Source: an uncultured bacterium (GTDB lineage: Bacteria > Deinococcota > Deinococci > Deinococcales > Trueperaceae). Taken from it: a stretch of DNA of 64,000 nucleotides. Where the stretch lies: contig CAYXJZ010000005.1 of NCBI GenBank assembly GCA_964465355.1, positions 5,504 to 69,503 on the forward strand. The letters run 5' to 3'. Position numbers and translations under genes: made by a program. Below are positions 18,323 through 27,475 of the stretch, piece after piece; position 1 is the first letter of the stretch, and each line of letters starts with the position of its first letter. The notes beneath the pieces were generated by a model, which saw nothing but the letters and a program-made list of their open reading frames with translations, made no database searches and was not told where the DNA came from.

Positions 18323-18802
18323 ATGCCCATCGACCCAGACAACTTCCGCCAAGCCCTCGGCCGCTGGCCAAGCGGTGTCACCGTCGTCACCACCGAGGAG
18401 GACGGGCACGTGCACGGCATCACCGTCAGCGCCTTCCTGTCGATCTCGCTCGAGCCACCGCTGGTGGCGGTGTGCATCGACCACCGGGCCAGGGCCCATC
18501 CCATCCTCGAGCGGGTCGATCGCTACGGCGTGAGCATCCTCGCCAAGCATCAGGCCCAGGTCTCGAACCACTTCGCCAGCCGACCGGCCGAGGTGCCCGA
18601 CGATCTCTTCGAGGAGCTGGACGGCATGCCGGTGGTGCGCGGCGCAGCGAGCCAGATGGTGGCCATGATCGTCGACCGCGTGCTGGCCGGTGACCACACC
18701 ATCTACATCGGGCGGGTGGAGGCCAGTCAGGTCTCGGAGCAGGCGCCGCTGGTCTACCACAGGGGTCGCTATGGGCAGGTGGACGTCGGCGGCCAAGGCT
18801 AG
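18323..18802 (+). CDS. Flavin reductase family protein (NAD(P)H:FMN oxidoreductase-like)
   Basis: It has FRQALGRWPSGVTVVTT and ITVSAFLSISLEPPLV motifs. ATG 18323 is preceded by TACCCT-N8. The track ORF starts at TTG 18314. Confidence 0.87.
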   Translation: MPIDPDNFRQALGRWPSGVTVVTTEEDGHVHGITVSAFLSISLEPPLVAVCIDHRARAHPILERVDRYGVSILAKHQAQVSNHFASRPAEVPDDLFEELDGMPVVRGAASQMVAMIVDRVLAGDHTIYIGRVEASQVSEQAPLVYHRGRYGQVDVGGQG

Positions 18803-19016
18803 GCCATGCCTTGGCGGCTTGAGGCGCCGACGTCGAGGCGCCGCTGCGCCGGCGTGTCGGATGCACCTCAGTCCCGCGGCATGAGCAGCATGATGGCCGC
18901 ACGAGCGAAGCTGCCTGATCGCCGTACGCCGGGGGTCTTGGGACGACGGGGGTTGCGCTCGGGATGAAGAGGCGAGTCAACGCCCCCGGTGCCTTTCGTC
19001 AGGGAGGTCCCCTTCC

Positions 19017-20618
19017 ATGGACCACCGTTCGGATACCGATCGTCGGCGCCCCCGCGCCACCCGATGGGCCGTTCTCTGGCTCTCGGCCTTCGTCCTCGCC
19101 GCCTGCGGCGGCCCCACGCCCACCACGCTCAGTCTCGTCCCGGACGCCGCCATGATCGAGGTCATCCGCGGCGACAGCGCGGAGCTGCGTGTCACCGTCT
19201 CGCGCAGCGGCTCCGCCGCCGTCGACCTCACCGTCGCCGGCGCACCTGCCGGTGTCACGGCCGTCTTCGATCCGCCCACCCTGGCCGCCGGCGTCAACCA
19301 GGCCATGCTCGTCATCACGGTCTCGCCTGCTGCCGACGACGGGGTCAGCGAGTTGACCCTGAGCGCCGTCTCCGGCAGCCTGGCTGCCAGCGCCGAGGTG
19401 GACCTCGAGGTCGGGAGCCTCACGGTCAGCGGCCGGGTCCTCGGTCTGCTCGACGTAGGCCTGCCCGACGTGGTGGTGCTCAGCCAAGGCCAGGACGCCG
19501 TCACCACGGCCGACGGTGCCTTCGAGCTCAGCGGCCTCTCCACGCCATACGACGTGGTGCTGGCCTTCGATGACGGTGGCGACGGGATCGTCCATGCCTA
19601 CCGAGGACTGTCCAGCGCGACGCCGATCCTGACGCCCTTCTTCGGTCTGATGGTCGGCCCGAGCGCACTGCCGAACGAGGCCACGCTCAGCGGCGAGGTG
19701 CTGGGTGGCGCCATCCTCCCGGCCGACCACAGCGCCATCATCTGCGCCGAAGGGCTCGACCAGGTGGTCTACGGCTGCGTCGTCGTGCCAGAGCTGGACA
19801 GCGGCTACATGCTGGACATGGCCTGGTCCGGGCCTGCGCAGGTCAGCGTGCGCATCCACGCCTTCCACCTGGAGAGGGACGCGGGCGATGAGGTCGTCGC
19901 CTACCACGGCTACGTCACCCAGGACATCGACCTGGGCGATGGCGATGTGGAGGTCCTTGACCTTGACATCGAGTCGAGCGTCGCGACCGACGTCTTCGAG
20001 GCCGAGGTGGTGCACGAGGACGGCAGCCTCCTCAGCGCGGGTTACCTCCTGCTGAACGTCGCGCCCGGTCTCTCCATCCCGCTGACGACCGTAGCCGGCC
20101 CGGCCGTGGAGGCGCTGGTGCCGACCGGCAGCGGCTTCTCCTACACCCTGCTCCTGGAGAGCGGCGCCGGCCTTGTGTCGCGGGCGGGTCTAGGCCTCGA
20201 CGGCGGCGAGGTCGTCATCCCCCTCCCGCCGGTCCAGCTGGCCCCGGCCGACGGCGCCATGAACGTTGGGTCCGGCACCTCCTTCCGCGCCTTCGTGCCG
20301 GACGGCCATTCGATCACCTACCTCTGGTTCCCAGACACCCTCGGCCCCATGGTCGCGCTCACCTCCTTGGATGACGACCCTGTCAACCTTCCCGGCCTCA
20401 CGGGAACCTCCTTCGCCTACCCTCCGGGCGTCAGCTACGACTGGCAACTCCTCGGTGCCACGCTGCCAGAGGCGGGGGCCGATCGGGTACCCAGCGTCGT
20501 GGACTTCTACAACGTGGTCCTGATGGTCATCTCCGGCAACGGTGGCCCTGGGCCCGAGGCCGACAGCAACGTCCTCATATCAGCGAGCCCGAACTGGAGC
20601 TTCGACCTGGCGCCTTGA
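19017..20618 (+). CDS. Large lipoprotein, unknown function
   Basis: 533 aa. A lipobox LAAC-GG follows the basic N-terminus. The protein is rich in beta-strand-like repeats. GGAGG lies upstream. Confidence 0.72.
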   Translation: MDHRSDTDRRRPRATRWAVLWLSAFVLAACGGPTPTTLSLVPDAAMIEVIRGDSAELRVTVSRSGSAAVDLTVAGAPAGVTAVFDPPTLAAGVNQAMLVITVSPAADDGVSELTLSAVSGSLAASAEVDLEVGSLTVSGRVLGLLDVGLPDVVVLSQGQDAVTTADGAFELSGLSTPYDVVLAFDDGGDGIVHAYRGLSSATPILTPFFGLMVGPSALPNEATLSGEVLGGAILPADHSAIICAEGLDQVVYGCVVVPELDSGYMLDMAWSGPAQVSVRIHAFHLERDAGDEVVAYHGYVTQDIDLGDGDVEVLDLDIESSVATDVFEAEVVHEDGSLLSAGYLLLNVAPGLSIPLTTVAGPAVEALVPTGSGFSYTLLLESGAGLVSRAGLGLDGGEVVIPLPPVQLAPADGAMNVGSGTSFRAFVPDGHSITYLWFPDTLGPMVALTSLDDDPVNLPGLTGTSFAYPPGVSYDWQLLGATLPEAGADRVPSVVDFYNVVLMVISGNGGPGPEADSNVLISASPNWSFDLAP

Positions 20619-20662
20619 GTCGATGCCGCTGCGAGGGGATCGCCTCGCGTACGACCGTCGCC

Positions 20663-20694
20663 GATCGGGGGACGCTGCCCAGCGTCCCCCGATC
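20663..20694. terminator. Bidirectional intrinsic terminator (14-bp perfect stem) between convergent genes
   Basis: GATCGGGGGACGCT (20663-20676), loop gccc, AGCGTCCCCCGATC (20681-20694), followed by TTT on the + strand. Confidence 0.6.
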
Positions 20695-20727
20695 TTTCGT
20701 GGCCCGCGTCGCCGCCCGCGGCCGAGA

Positions 20728-21204
20728 TCAGCGGCTGCGGATCAGGTCGACGCCAAGGTGCGCGAGCACGCCGAAGGCGATGCCCCAGAGGCAGATCCCG
20801 ACGATCTGCCAGACGATGACCCGCTGCCTTGGCGCGCCGAAGGACACCATGGCCACCGAGGTGATCTGGCTGGCCAGGATGAACTGCCCGAGCAGGCCGA
20901 CCCCGACGACGCCGTAGCGGTCGAAGGCGCGCCGCAGGCGCTCCCTGCGTGGTGAGGCCGGCTTGGCTTCGCCCTGCGTCACCCGCCGGCGGACCGCGCT
21001 GGCGAAGAGGACGAAGGCCACCATCGAGACGACGTTGCCGATGATCGCGGCGATGATCGCGATGGCGGTGGGTACGCCGACGAACACGCCGAGCATGGAG
21101 CCGAGGTAGGACTCCACGAAGGGCACGGCGCCTGCCAGCATCACGCCCAGCCATTGGAGCAGGGGCGGCAGCGAGGCGATGAACTCTCTCAGGGTTTCGA
21201 GCAT
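20728..21204 (-). CDS. Integral membrane protein (small multidrug-export-like, uncertain)
   Basis: 158 aa with four hydrophobic segments. GGAAGGAG lies upstream. Confidence 0.7.
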   Translation of the reverse strand: MLETLREFIASLPPLLQWLGVMLAGAVPFVESYLGSMLGVFVGVPTAIAIIAAIIGNVVSMVAFVLFASAVRRRVTQGEAKPASPRRERLRRAFDRYGVVGVGLLGQFILASQITSVAMVSFGAPRQRVIVWQIVGICLWGIAFGVLAHLGVDLIRSR

Positions 21205-21286
21205 GGCTCTCCTTCCGCGGCCGGCTGGACCTTGGCCGCGAGATCGACGACGTGGTGGTGCCTGTGGGGCGGAGAGGGGTTGACGT

Positions 21287-21652
21287 TCAGGTCTCGGTGG
21301 CCACCGACGCTCGGACGATGGTGGTGGACGGCTTGGGCTTGGCGGCCGGCGTCGCCGTGACCGCCGCGATCTCTTGCAGGACCGCCACGTGCTCGAGGAA
21401 GGCGGACCTGCCTTGGGGGCTGAGCTGGAGCCAGGTGCGCGGCCGCTTGCCGACGTAGCCCTTGCGCACCTTCAGGTAGCCGGCACCCTCCAGCAGTGCG
21501 ACCTGCTTGGAGAGCACGGAGTCGCTGACGTCCACCAGGTCCCGCACGAAGGCGAACTCGGCTTCGTCCGAGGCAGCAAGGGTGGCCATGATCGAGAAGC
21601 GCACCGGCGGGTGGATCAGCTCGTCGAGGCGATGGCGGGGATGCTCGCTCAT
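21287..21652 (-). CDS. Winged-helix transcriptional regulator (MarR/ArsR-like fold)
   Basis: It has IHPPVRFSIMATLA...EFAFVRDLVDVSDSVLSKQVALLEGAGYLKVRKG. ATG 21652 overlaps the upstream stop (ATGA). Confidence 0.85.
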   Translation of the reverse strand: MSEHPRHRLDELIHPPVRFSIMATLAASDEAEFAFVRDLVDVSDSVLSKQVALLEGAGYLKVRKGYVGKRPRTWLQLSPQGRSAFLEHVAVLQEIAAVTATPAAKPKPSTTIVRASVATET

Positions 21653-21861
21653 CGGCGCAGCGCCCACCAGGCGATCATGGCCGCGATCTCCAGCGGATGG
21701 CCGGTCACGGACTCCGCCGCCAGGTCATAGGCGGTGGTGGCCGCGCCGAGGATGACGAGGTACTGGCCGTACCACTGCGACTGCAGGTGCACGACCTGGC
21801 GGGTGCGGCTGATCTCGTCGAGCGCTTGGCGCGCTTCGAAAGCGGTGATGTTGCCTTCCAC
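21649..21861 (-). CDS. Small membrane protein co-translated with the winged-helix regulator
   Basis: 70 aa with two hydrophobic helices. GTG start with GGGGAG 5 nt upstream. Its stop overlaps the regulator start. Confidence 0.55.
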   Translation of the reverse strand: MEGNITAFEARQALDEISRTRQVVHLQSQWYGQYLVILGAATTAYDLAAESVTGHPLEIAAMIAWWALRR

Positions 21862-21988
21862 GGAAGCTCCCCTCTACCTCGGATTGATAGATTGGCATAT
21901 ACTTTCCAAGTCGTCAAGTGAATCTGGTCGGGCCCGCCACCCAGGGGATGCACGTACCGGCGCGTCCTGCTCGCGGTACCCTCGGCGG

Positions 21989-22744
21989 GTGCTGATCGAG
22001 CAGTTGCATGAGCCGGGCGCAGACGAACTCCTGACCTTCCTCCAGGAACACCTGTACGGCCGCGAGGCCTTGGTGCAGGTCAGCGGCACCTTCGAGGTGA
22101 CCTACGTCGGTCGCGCCGCCTCCTTCGCGGATGCGGGCGACTACCTTGTCATCGTCAAGGCCGACGGTTCGGTGCAGGTGCACGGCTACCGCGGCGTCAA
22201 GCCACAGAACTGGCAGCCGCGCAGCGACGAGCTGTGGGTGGGCTCCGACGACGGGCTGCCGGTGCTGGTCGCCGATCGCCGCCAGCCGGACGAGTCGCTG
22301 CGGGTGGTGTTCCTCGAGACGGCGCTGGCGCAGGCCTTGCGCCTGAACGAAGGCGGTGGCTTCGTCCTGCACGGCACGGAGGCCGAGATGCAGCGGGCCT
22401 TGGCCAGCGATCCATCGGTCATCGAGGAAGGCCTCGTCGTGCTGGACCGGGAGCTGCCGACCGACGTCGGCGGCATCGACCTCTTCGCCCGCGACCGGCA
22501 TGGGCGCTTGGTCGTGGTCGAGCTCAAGCGCGCCAAGGGCACGCAGGAGGCGGTGCACCAGTTGGCCCGCTACGTCGAGAGCGTTCGTCGTTTCACCGGC
22601 GAGGAGGTGCGTGGCCTGCTGGCCGCACCGGCCGTCACCGCGCCTGCCCTGCACCGCCTGGCGGCCAGCGGCCTCGAGTTCGTCGAGGTCAGGAGCCTGC
22701 CCGAGCTGGAGGAGGGGCCGAGCCAGGGCTCCCTGTTCGGCTGA
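21989..22744 (+). CDS. nucS: Endonuclease NucS (EndoMS)
   Basis: The C-terminal RecB-like nuclease motif is present (GGIDLFARDRHGRLVVVELKR ... AVHQLARY), and the N-terminal domain contains YLVIVKADGSVQVH. GTG start preceded by TACCCT-N6. The upstream part of track ORF 21734..22744 is junk. Confidence 0.9.
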   Translation: MLIEQLHEPGADELLTFLQEHLYGREALVQVSGTFEVTYVGRAASFADAGDYLVIVKADGSVQVHGYRGVKPQNWQPRSDELWVGSDDGLPVLVADRRQPDESLRVVFLETALAQALRLNEGGGFVLHGTEAEMQRALASDPSVIEEGLVVLDRELPTDVGGIDLFARDRHGRLVVVELKRAKGTQEAVHQLARYVESVRRFTGEEVRGLLAAPAVTAPALHRLAASGLEFVEVRSLPELEEGPSQGSLFG

Positions 22745-22747
22745 AGC

Positions 22748-23836
22748 TCAGACCAGGTGGCCCTGCACCTGGTCCAGTTCGGCTATGAGGTCAGGGTTCG
22801 CGTCAAGGACGTTGAGGAAGGCATCGACCACGCGAGGCGAGAACCAGCGGTCGCGTTGCCGCATGACCTCGTCGATGGCTTGTTGCACGGGCCATGCGCG
22901 CTTGTATGGGCGCTCGTTGATCAGGGTGTCGAAGACGTCGGCCAGGGCCACGATCTGCCCGACCAGGGGGATCTGCTCGCCCTTGAGGCCGTGCGGGTAG
23001 CCGCTGCCGTCCCAGCGTTCATGGTGGCTCTCGGCGATGAGCTGCGCCAGGTTGATCAGCTTGGAGCGGCCGTCGGCCAACAGTCGCGAGCCCAGGTCGA
23101 CGTGCTCGCGCATGAGCGAGAACTCCTCGGCGGTGAGGCGCCCCGGCTTGAGCAGGATCTGGTCTGGGATGCCGATCTTGCCGACGTCGTGCAGCGGCGC
23201 AGCGCGGCGGATGAGGTCCGTCTCGTCGTTGGGGAGCCCGAGCTCCTTGGCCAACAGGCCGGAGAGCATGCCCACCCTGATGGTATGGCGACCGGTGTTG
23301 TAGTCGCGGTACTCGGCGGCGGCGGCCAGTCGATCGAGCACGTCGAGCCTGGCGGCTTCCAGCTCGATGGTGCGCTCGCGCACCAGTTCCTCCAAGTGCA
23401 TGGCGTGGAGCTTCAGGCGCTGCTGCAAGAAGCGTGTGCGCAGCAGGTTGGCCACCCGCAGGCGGATCTGGTCCTTGCGGAAGGGCTTGGTGAGGAAGTC
23501 CTTGGCGCCCCTGGCCAGGGCGTCCTGCTCGGCCTCGGGGCTGACATCGGCGGTGAGCACGAGGATGGGGAAGAAGCTGTCGTCGTCGACCATCGCCATG
23601 ACCTGGTCGATCACCTGCAGCCCGTCCATGCGCGGCATGTGGAGGTCGGTGCATAGGAGATCGAAGCCTTCTCCATCGTCCCGCGCTTGCCTGAACAGCT
23701 GCACGGCCTCGTCCGGCTCGTTGCAGCTCACCACCTCGGTGTAGCCGGCGGACTGCAGGATCTTGCCGAGCAGCACGGTGTTCGCCAGCTCGTCATCGAC
23801 GATGATGATGCGCGCTCGACTCAGATCGGTGTCCAT
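22748..23836 (-). CDS. Response regulator with HD-GYP phosphodiesterase domain (RpfG family)
   Basis: The REC domain has IIIVDDE ... DLHMPRMDG ... KPF. The HD-GYP domain has HTIRVG, PLHDVGKIGIP and HHERWDGSGYP. Start at ATG 23836. Confidence 0.93.
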   Translation of the reverse strand: MDTDLSRARIIIVDDELANTVLLGKILQSAGYTEVVSCNEPDEAVQLFRQARDDGEGFDLLCTDLHMPRMDGLQVIDQVMAMVDDDSFFPILVLTADVSPEAEQDALARGAKDFLTKPFRKDQIRLRVANLLRTRFLQQRLKLHAMHLEELVRERTIELEAARLDVLDRLAAAAEYRDYNTGRHTIRVGMLSGLLAKELGLPNDETDLIRRAAPLHDVGKIGIPDQILLKPGRLTAEEFSLMREHVDLGSRLLADGRSKLINLAQLIAESHHERWDGSGYPHGLKGEQIPLVGQIVALADVFDTLINERPYKRAWPVQQAIDEVMRQRDRWFSPRVVDAFLNVLDANPDLIAELDQVQGHLV

Positions 23837-23995
23837 CGTCCTCTCGCCGCATGCCGGGTGGGGATACCACCAGCATGAACCCAAAGCACCATACCGCTCG
23901 AGATCCCGTCGCCGGGTCGGTCCCTTCACAATCGCTGGTGGCGACGGCGTCGCTCAGGGCGGAATCGTTCACCACGCAACCCGGCCCCGCGTTGC

Positions 23996-24001
23996 TAGAC
24001 T
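23996..24001 (+). promoter_or_regulatory. -10-like hexamer TAGACT (TG-extended) 9 nt upstream of the galT ATG
   Basis: TTGCTAGACT-N9-ATG with no SD. Same architecture as lysS. Confidence 0.4.
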
Positions 24002-24010
24002 CGGGAACGG

Positions 24011-25117
24011 ATGTCGTGGTTACGCAAGGACCCCTTCGGTGCGGCTTGGGTGCTCATCTCACCCGAGCGAGGCTTACGGCCGTCTGACTTCGGTTCGGTC
24101 GATGGCCGTGTCACGCGCTCAGACGCGGCGCCTTTGGCGCCGGGTCGTGAGGCCGGCCTGCCACCCGAGATCCAGGCCTTGCGGTCCAACGGTTCTCCCG
24201 TGAACGGACCCGATTGGCGTGCGCGGGTGTTGCCCATGCCTGGCGCTGCCTTCAGTGATCGCCCCTTCGCACCGGTCGCCGACGGCCTGCTGCTCTCTGC
24301 GCCGGCCAGCGGCTGGCAGGAGCTGGTGGTGGAGCACCCCGATCCGGCCGCGAGACTGGAGACCTTCGGCAGCGACCACCTGGTGGAGCTGCTGCGCCTC
24401 TACCGTGACCGCGTGGCCTACCATGCCGCCAGGCCGGAGGTGCGCCACGTGCAGGTCAACCGCAACGTCGGCAAGGCCGCCGGCGCCCTGTACGACCATC
24501 CGCACGGGCAGCTGCTGGCGCAGCCGGTGCCCAACCGCTGGGTGGAGGAGGAGCGCGAGGCGGCCAAGCTGCACCACGCGCATGCTGGCCGCTGCCTCTT
24601 CTGCGACGTGCTTGGCCAAGAGCTGGAACAGCGGGAGCGGGTGGTGTCGGTCAACGAGGACTTCGTGGCCATCGCGCCCTTCGCCTCCAAGATGCCCTTC
24701 GAGACATGGATCTTCCCAAGGGCGCACGAGAGCGCGTTCCAAGAGGTGGCGAGCAACCGTCTCGTGCGACTGGCGGAGCTGCTCTGCTCGGTGGTCGAGG
24801 CGCTGAACTCCGCGCTCGATCGGCCGCCGTACAACATGGTGCTGCACACCCTGCCGCAGGCCGGCGACGGCTGCTACCACTGGCACATCGAGCTGCTCCC
24901 GCGATTGACCCGTCAGGCCGGTTTCGACTGGTCGATCGGCGCCTACGTCAACCCGACCCCACCGGAGGCCGCCGCCCGTTTCCTGCGTCAAGCCATGGCG
25001 GCAAGGGCCATGGACGCCATCGAAGCCAAGACCATGGCCGCCCATGGCAGGACCACGGCCCACGACGCCGTCGCGATCAGCTCTGCAGACATGCCGCCCG
25101 GTTCCCATGGAGGCTAG
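24011..25117 (+). CDS. galT: Galactose-1-phosphate uridylyltransferase family protein (HIT superfamily)
   Basis: The HPHGQ active-site motif (YDHPHGQLLA) is present, with FVAIAPFASKMPFETWIFP and a second half-domain with HWHIELLP. Confidence 0.85.
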   Translation: MSWLRKDPFGAAWVLISPERGLRPSDFGSVDGRVTRSDAAPLAPGREAGLPPEIQALRSNGSPVNGPDWRARVLPMPGAAFSDRPFAPVADGLLLSAPASGWQELVVEHPDPAARLETFGSDHLVELLRLYRDRVAYHAARPEVRHVQVNRNVGKAAGALYDHPHGQLLAQPVPNRWVEEEREAAKLHHAHAGRCLFCDVLGQELEQRERVVSVNEDFVAIAPFASKMPFETWIFPRAHESAFQEVASNRLVRLAELLCSVVEALNSALDRPPYNMVLHTLPQAGDGCYHWHIELLPRLTRQAGFDWSIGAYVNPTPPEAAARFLRQAMAARAMDAIEAKTMAAHGRTTAHDAVAISSADMPPGSHGG

Positions 25118-25517
25118 GGGCCCGTACGCACCGCCATCGGTACCGGAACGCGGTCAGGACGTGCTGCGCAAACGGGGTGCCAGCCGCCTGCTCACCGAGC
25201 AGGAGAAGGAACGCGACCAGGCCCGACCCGTGCGTGTGGCCCGCGGCATCTCGGCCGTGCTGCTGGTGATCTGCCTGGTCGGGGCCCTGCAGGCCGTGTT
25301 CATGATCGTGGTGGAGGCGCGGCGGTGGACGGTGGCCGAACGCGAGATCGTGCGCCTCGAGCGCGAGGTGGCCGACCTGCGGCGCGAGGCGGCGGACCTG
25401 ATCGAGGTGGCCATGCGCGGCGGCGACGAGCGGTTCCGCGAGCAACTGGCGCGCCGCCAAGGTTACGTCTACCCCTTCGAGACCCGTTTCCTTCTGTCGA
25501 CGCCGATGGGGCCCTGA
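25107..25517 (+). CDS. Septum formation initiator (FtsB/DivIC-like) protein
   Basis: One TM segment (ISAVLLVICLVGALQAVFMIVV) is followed by a coiled coil (EIVRLEREVADLRREAADL) and a GYVYPFE motif. The start ATG overlaps the galT 3' end. Confidence 0.7.
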   Translation: MEARGPYAPPSVPERGQDVLRKRGASRLLTEQEKERDQARPVRVARGISAVLLVICLVGALQAVFMIVVEARRWTVAEREIVRLEREVADLRREAADLIEVAMRGGDERFREQLARRQGYVYPFETRFLLSTPMGP

Positions 25518-25520
25518 GCC

Positions 25521-25913
25521 TCAGGCGATCTCGCGCAGGTCTTCCATCAACTGCCAGCCCACACCTTCCGGGGTGCTGTCAAGGGCGGTCTGCAGGGTCT
25601 CCGCGACCCAGGCGATGGTGCTGGCCGGATCCTCGTCGGCCTCGACGAAGCGCAGGACGGTGAGCTGGTAGACCTGTTGGGTGGCCGACAGCGTGCCGTC
25701 GTCGAAGAAGGTGAAGGGCGCAGCCGGCATGGCGTCCCACAGCACGTGCACCTCGCCCTGCATGGTGCGGGGCAGGTGATCCGCCAGATCGACGGCCAGG
25801 TCCCGTGGATGCCAGACGTAGCCTTGCAGCAGACGGATGGCGCGCCGGGCCAGGGGCAGACGGTCGTCGCCCACCTGCTCAGGGCGGAGGTGCTCGTCGT
25901 CGGCTGCTGTCAC
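25521..25913 (-). CDS. Hypothetical protein (last gene of the cta-HAD transcription unit)
   Basis: The frame is open downstream of the HAD stop. GTG 25913 lies 4 nt after TGA; the alternative is ATG 25763. The C-terminal half looks protein-like (FTFFDDGTLSATQQVYQLTVLRFVEADEDPASTIAWVAETLQ). No family was recognised. Confidence 0.45.
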   Translation of the reverse strand: MTAADDEHLRPEQVGDDRLPLARRAIRLLQGYVWHPRDLAVDLADHLPRTMQGEVHVLWDAMPAAPFTFFDDGTLSATQQVYQLTVLRFVEADEDPASTIAWVAETLQTALDSTPEGVGWQLMEDLREIA

Positions 25914-25917
25914 TCCC

Positions 25918-26607
25918 TCAGCTCCGGTCAGCCGTCTCGTCGCGCTCCTGCCAGGCCGGACCGTCCACCAGATGGGCAAGGGCGGGCAGGGCCTGGCGCC
26001 AGCGCATGGCGAAAGGTGCAGGCTCGTCGAGCAGCAACGCCTGGAAGCCAAGGGCGCGGGCGGCCTCGATGTTGCCGGCGTTGTCGTCGACGAAGACGAT
26101 CTCGTGCGGCGGCAACCGCAGGGCCTCGGCCAAGGCCATGTAGGCGCTGGCATCGGGCTTGCGCACGCCGATCTCGTTGCTGAACACGAAGCGTTCGACA
26201 CGGGCGAGGCGCGGGTCCTGCCGCACCCGATCGCACAGCACAGGGACGTTGTTGGACAACACCCCGACAGCCAGGTCGTCAGGGATGGCGGCGATGAGGG
26301 CATAGGCCTCTGGTCGCTCCAGTGGGGCATCGAGGAAAGCCTGCTGGAAGGCGGCCTCGTTCACGTGCAGGCCAAGGGCTTGCGAGAGCCGCTCCTGGAA
26401 GGTGGGCAGGTCGAAGGCGCCCACCTCGAAGAGCTCCATCAGCGCCAGGTACTGCGGGCGCATGAGCTCGGGGTCCACGTCGTACAGCTCGGCGAGGCGA
26501 ACGATGGCGCGCCCGTCGAAGGTGCCGACCGTCATCACGCCGCCCCAATCGAAGGCAATGCCCCTGACCTGGGCAGGACCGCCCTCGATGCCGAGGGCGA
26601 CGCTCAT
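25918..26607 (-). CDS. HAD-superfamily hydrolase
   Basis: It has GIAFDWGGV (DxD-like motif I), VLSNN, and FVDDNAGNIEAA (motif IV). ATGA overlap with the ctaG stop. Confidence 0.87.
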   Translation of the reverse strand: MSVALGIEGGPAQVRGIAFDWGGVMTVGTFDGRAIVRLAELYDVDPELMRPQYLALMELFEVGAFDLPTFQERLSQALGLHVNEAAFQQAFLDAPLERPEAYALIAAIPDDLAVGVLSNNVPVLCDRVRQDPRLARVERFVFSNEIGVRKPDASAYMALAEALRLPPHEIVFVDDNAGNIEAARALGFQALLLDEPAPFAMRWRQALPALAHLVDGPAWQERDETADRS

Positions 26608-27437
26608 GCGGTGACTTCGCCTTCCCTGCGCATGTCGGACTGGGTGACGTTCCGGCCGTTCTCTCGCTGGTACCAGTCGATGAAGATGCGACTGAACGGC
26701 ACCGCGAAGAAGCCGAAGCCGAAGACCTTCATGATGGCGCCGGCCAACACCTGGTCGGCGATGGGGTCGAGGCCGAAGGCGCGCGGTGCCATGGCATACA
26801 TGGGGTAGACCGGGTCGGGGCTGAAGGTGATGATCGCGAAGACCAGCATCTGGGCCACCGGCACCGTGAACAGGTAGGCGAGCCGCACCAGGTGGTTGGG
26901 CTTGGGCAGTTCGGACAGCGGGCTCAGGATGGGCCACCAGAGCATCATGGCCACCAGCAGGTAGAGCAGGTGGGTGACGTGGTGCATGGTGCTGTTGATG
27001 AGCTGCAGCTGGTAGACGGCGGGGATGTGCCAGACGGAGAAGAAGAGACCGAAGGCGATGAAGGTGACCGCCGGTCGCAGCACCGCCCGGCTCAGCGGCG
27101 CCACCCTCGGGTGCAGCAGGATCCGGCGCCACAGCCAGGCGGGCAGGCCGACCATGATCATGCGGGCGATGACGTAGGAGAGCAGCAGGTGCTGCACCAT
27201 GTGCGCGGAGAGCAGGTAGCGCTCGGCCAGGTCGTGCAGCGGGGAGCCTTCGACCAGGTAGAAGAGCGCAAGGGCCGCGTAGAACCAGATGGCGGCGGTC
27301 TTGGGGAAGGGTTCGCCTGGCGCCAGACGCGAACGCAGGGGCCCCACCACCATGGCGTATGCGGTCGCCACGGCGATGAGACCCCCGATCAGGACAGGGT
27401 CGAGTTGCCAGCCGACGTACAGGTGCTCAGCGTTCAT
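26604..27437 (-). CDS. ctaG: Cytochrome c oxidase assembly protein CtaG (caa3 type, membrane)
   Basis: 277-aa polytopic membrane protein with MVQHLLL and WHIPA motifs, directly downstream of the oxidase structural genes. Confidence 0.85.
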   Translation of the reverse strand: MNAEHLYVGWQLDPVLIGGLIAVATAYAMVVGPLRSRLAPGEPFPKTAAIWFYAALALFYLVEGSPLHDLAERYLLSAHMVQHLLLSYVIARMIMVGLPAWLWRRILLHPRVAPLSRAVLRPAVTFIAFGLFFSVWHIPAVYQLQLINSTMHHVTHLLYLLVAMMLWWPILSPLSELPKPNHLVRLAYLFTVPVAQMLVFAIITFSPDPVYPMYAMAPRAFGLDPIADQVLAGAIMKVFGFGFFAVPFSRIFIDWYQRENGRNVTQSDMRREGEVTA

Positions 27438-27475
27438 CCCACTCGACCCTACCTTGCCTCAGGACCCGTTCCGGT

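Noticed and set aside
21862-21988. Operator-like symmetry in the AT-rich nucS / membrane-protein spacer (TTGATAGATTGGCATATACTTTCCAAGTCGTCAA)
   Set aside because: Only 4-bp arms (TTGG/CCAA, TTGA/TCAA) can be paired, which is not better than chance in an AT-rich 40-mer.
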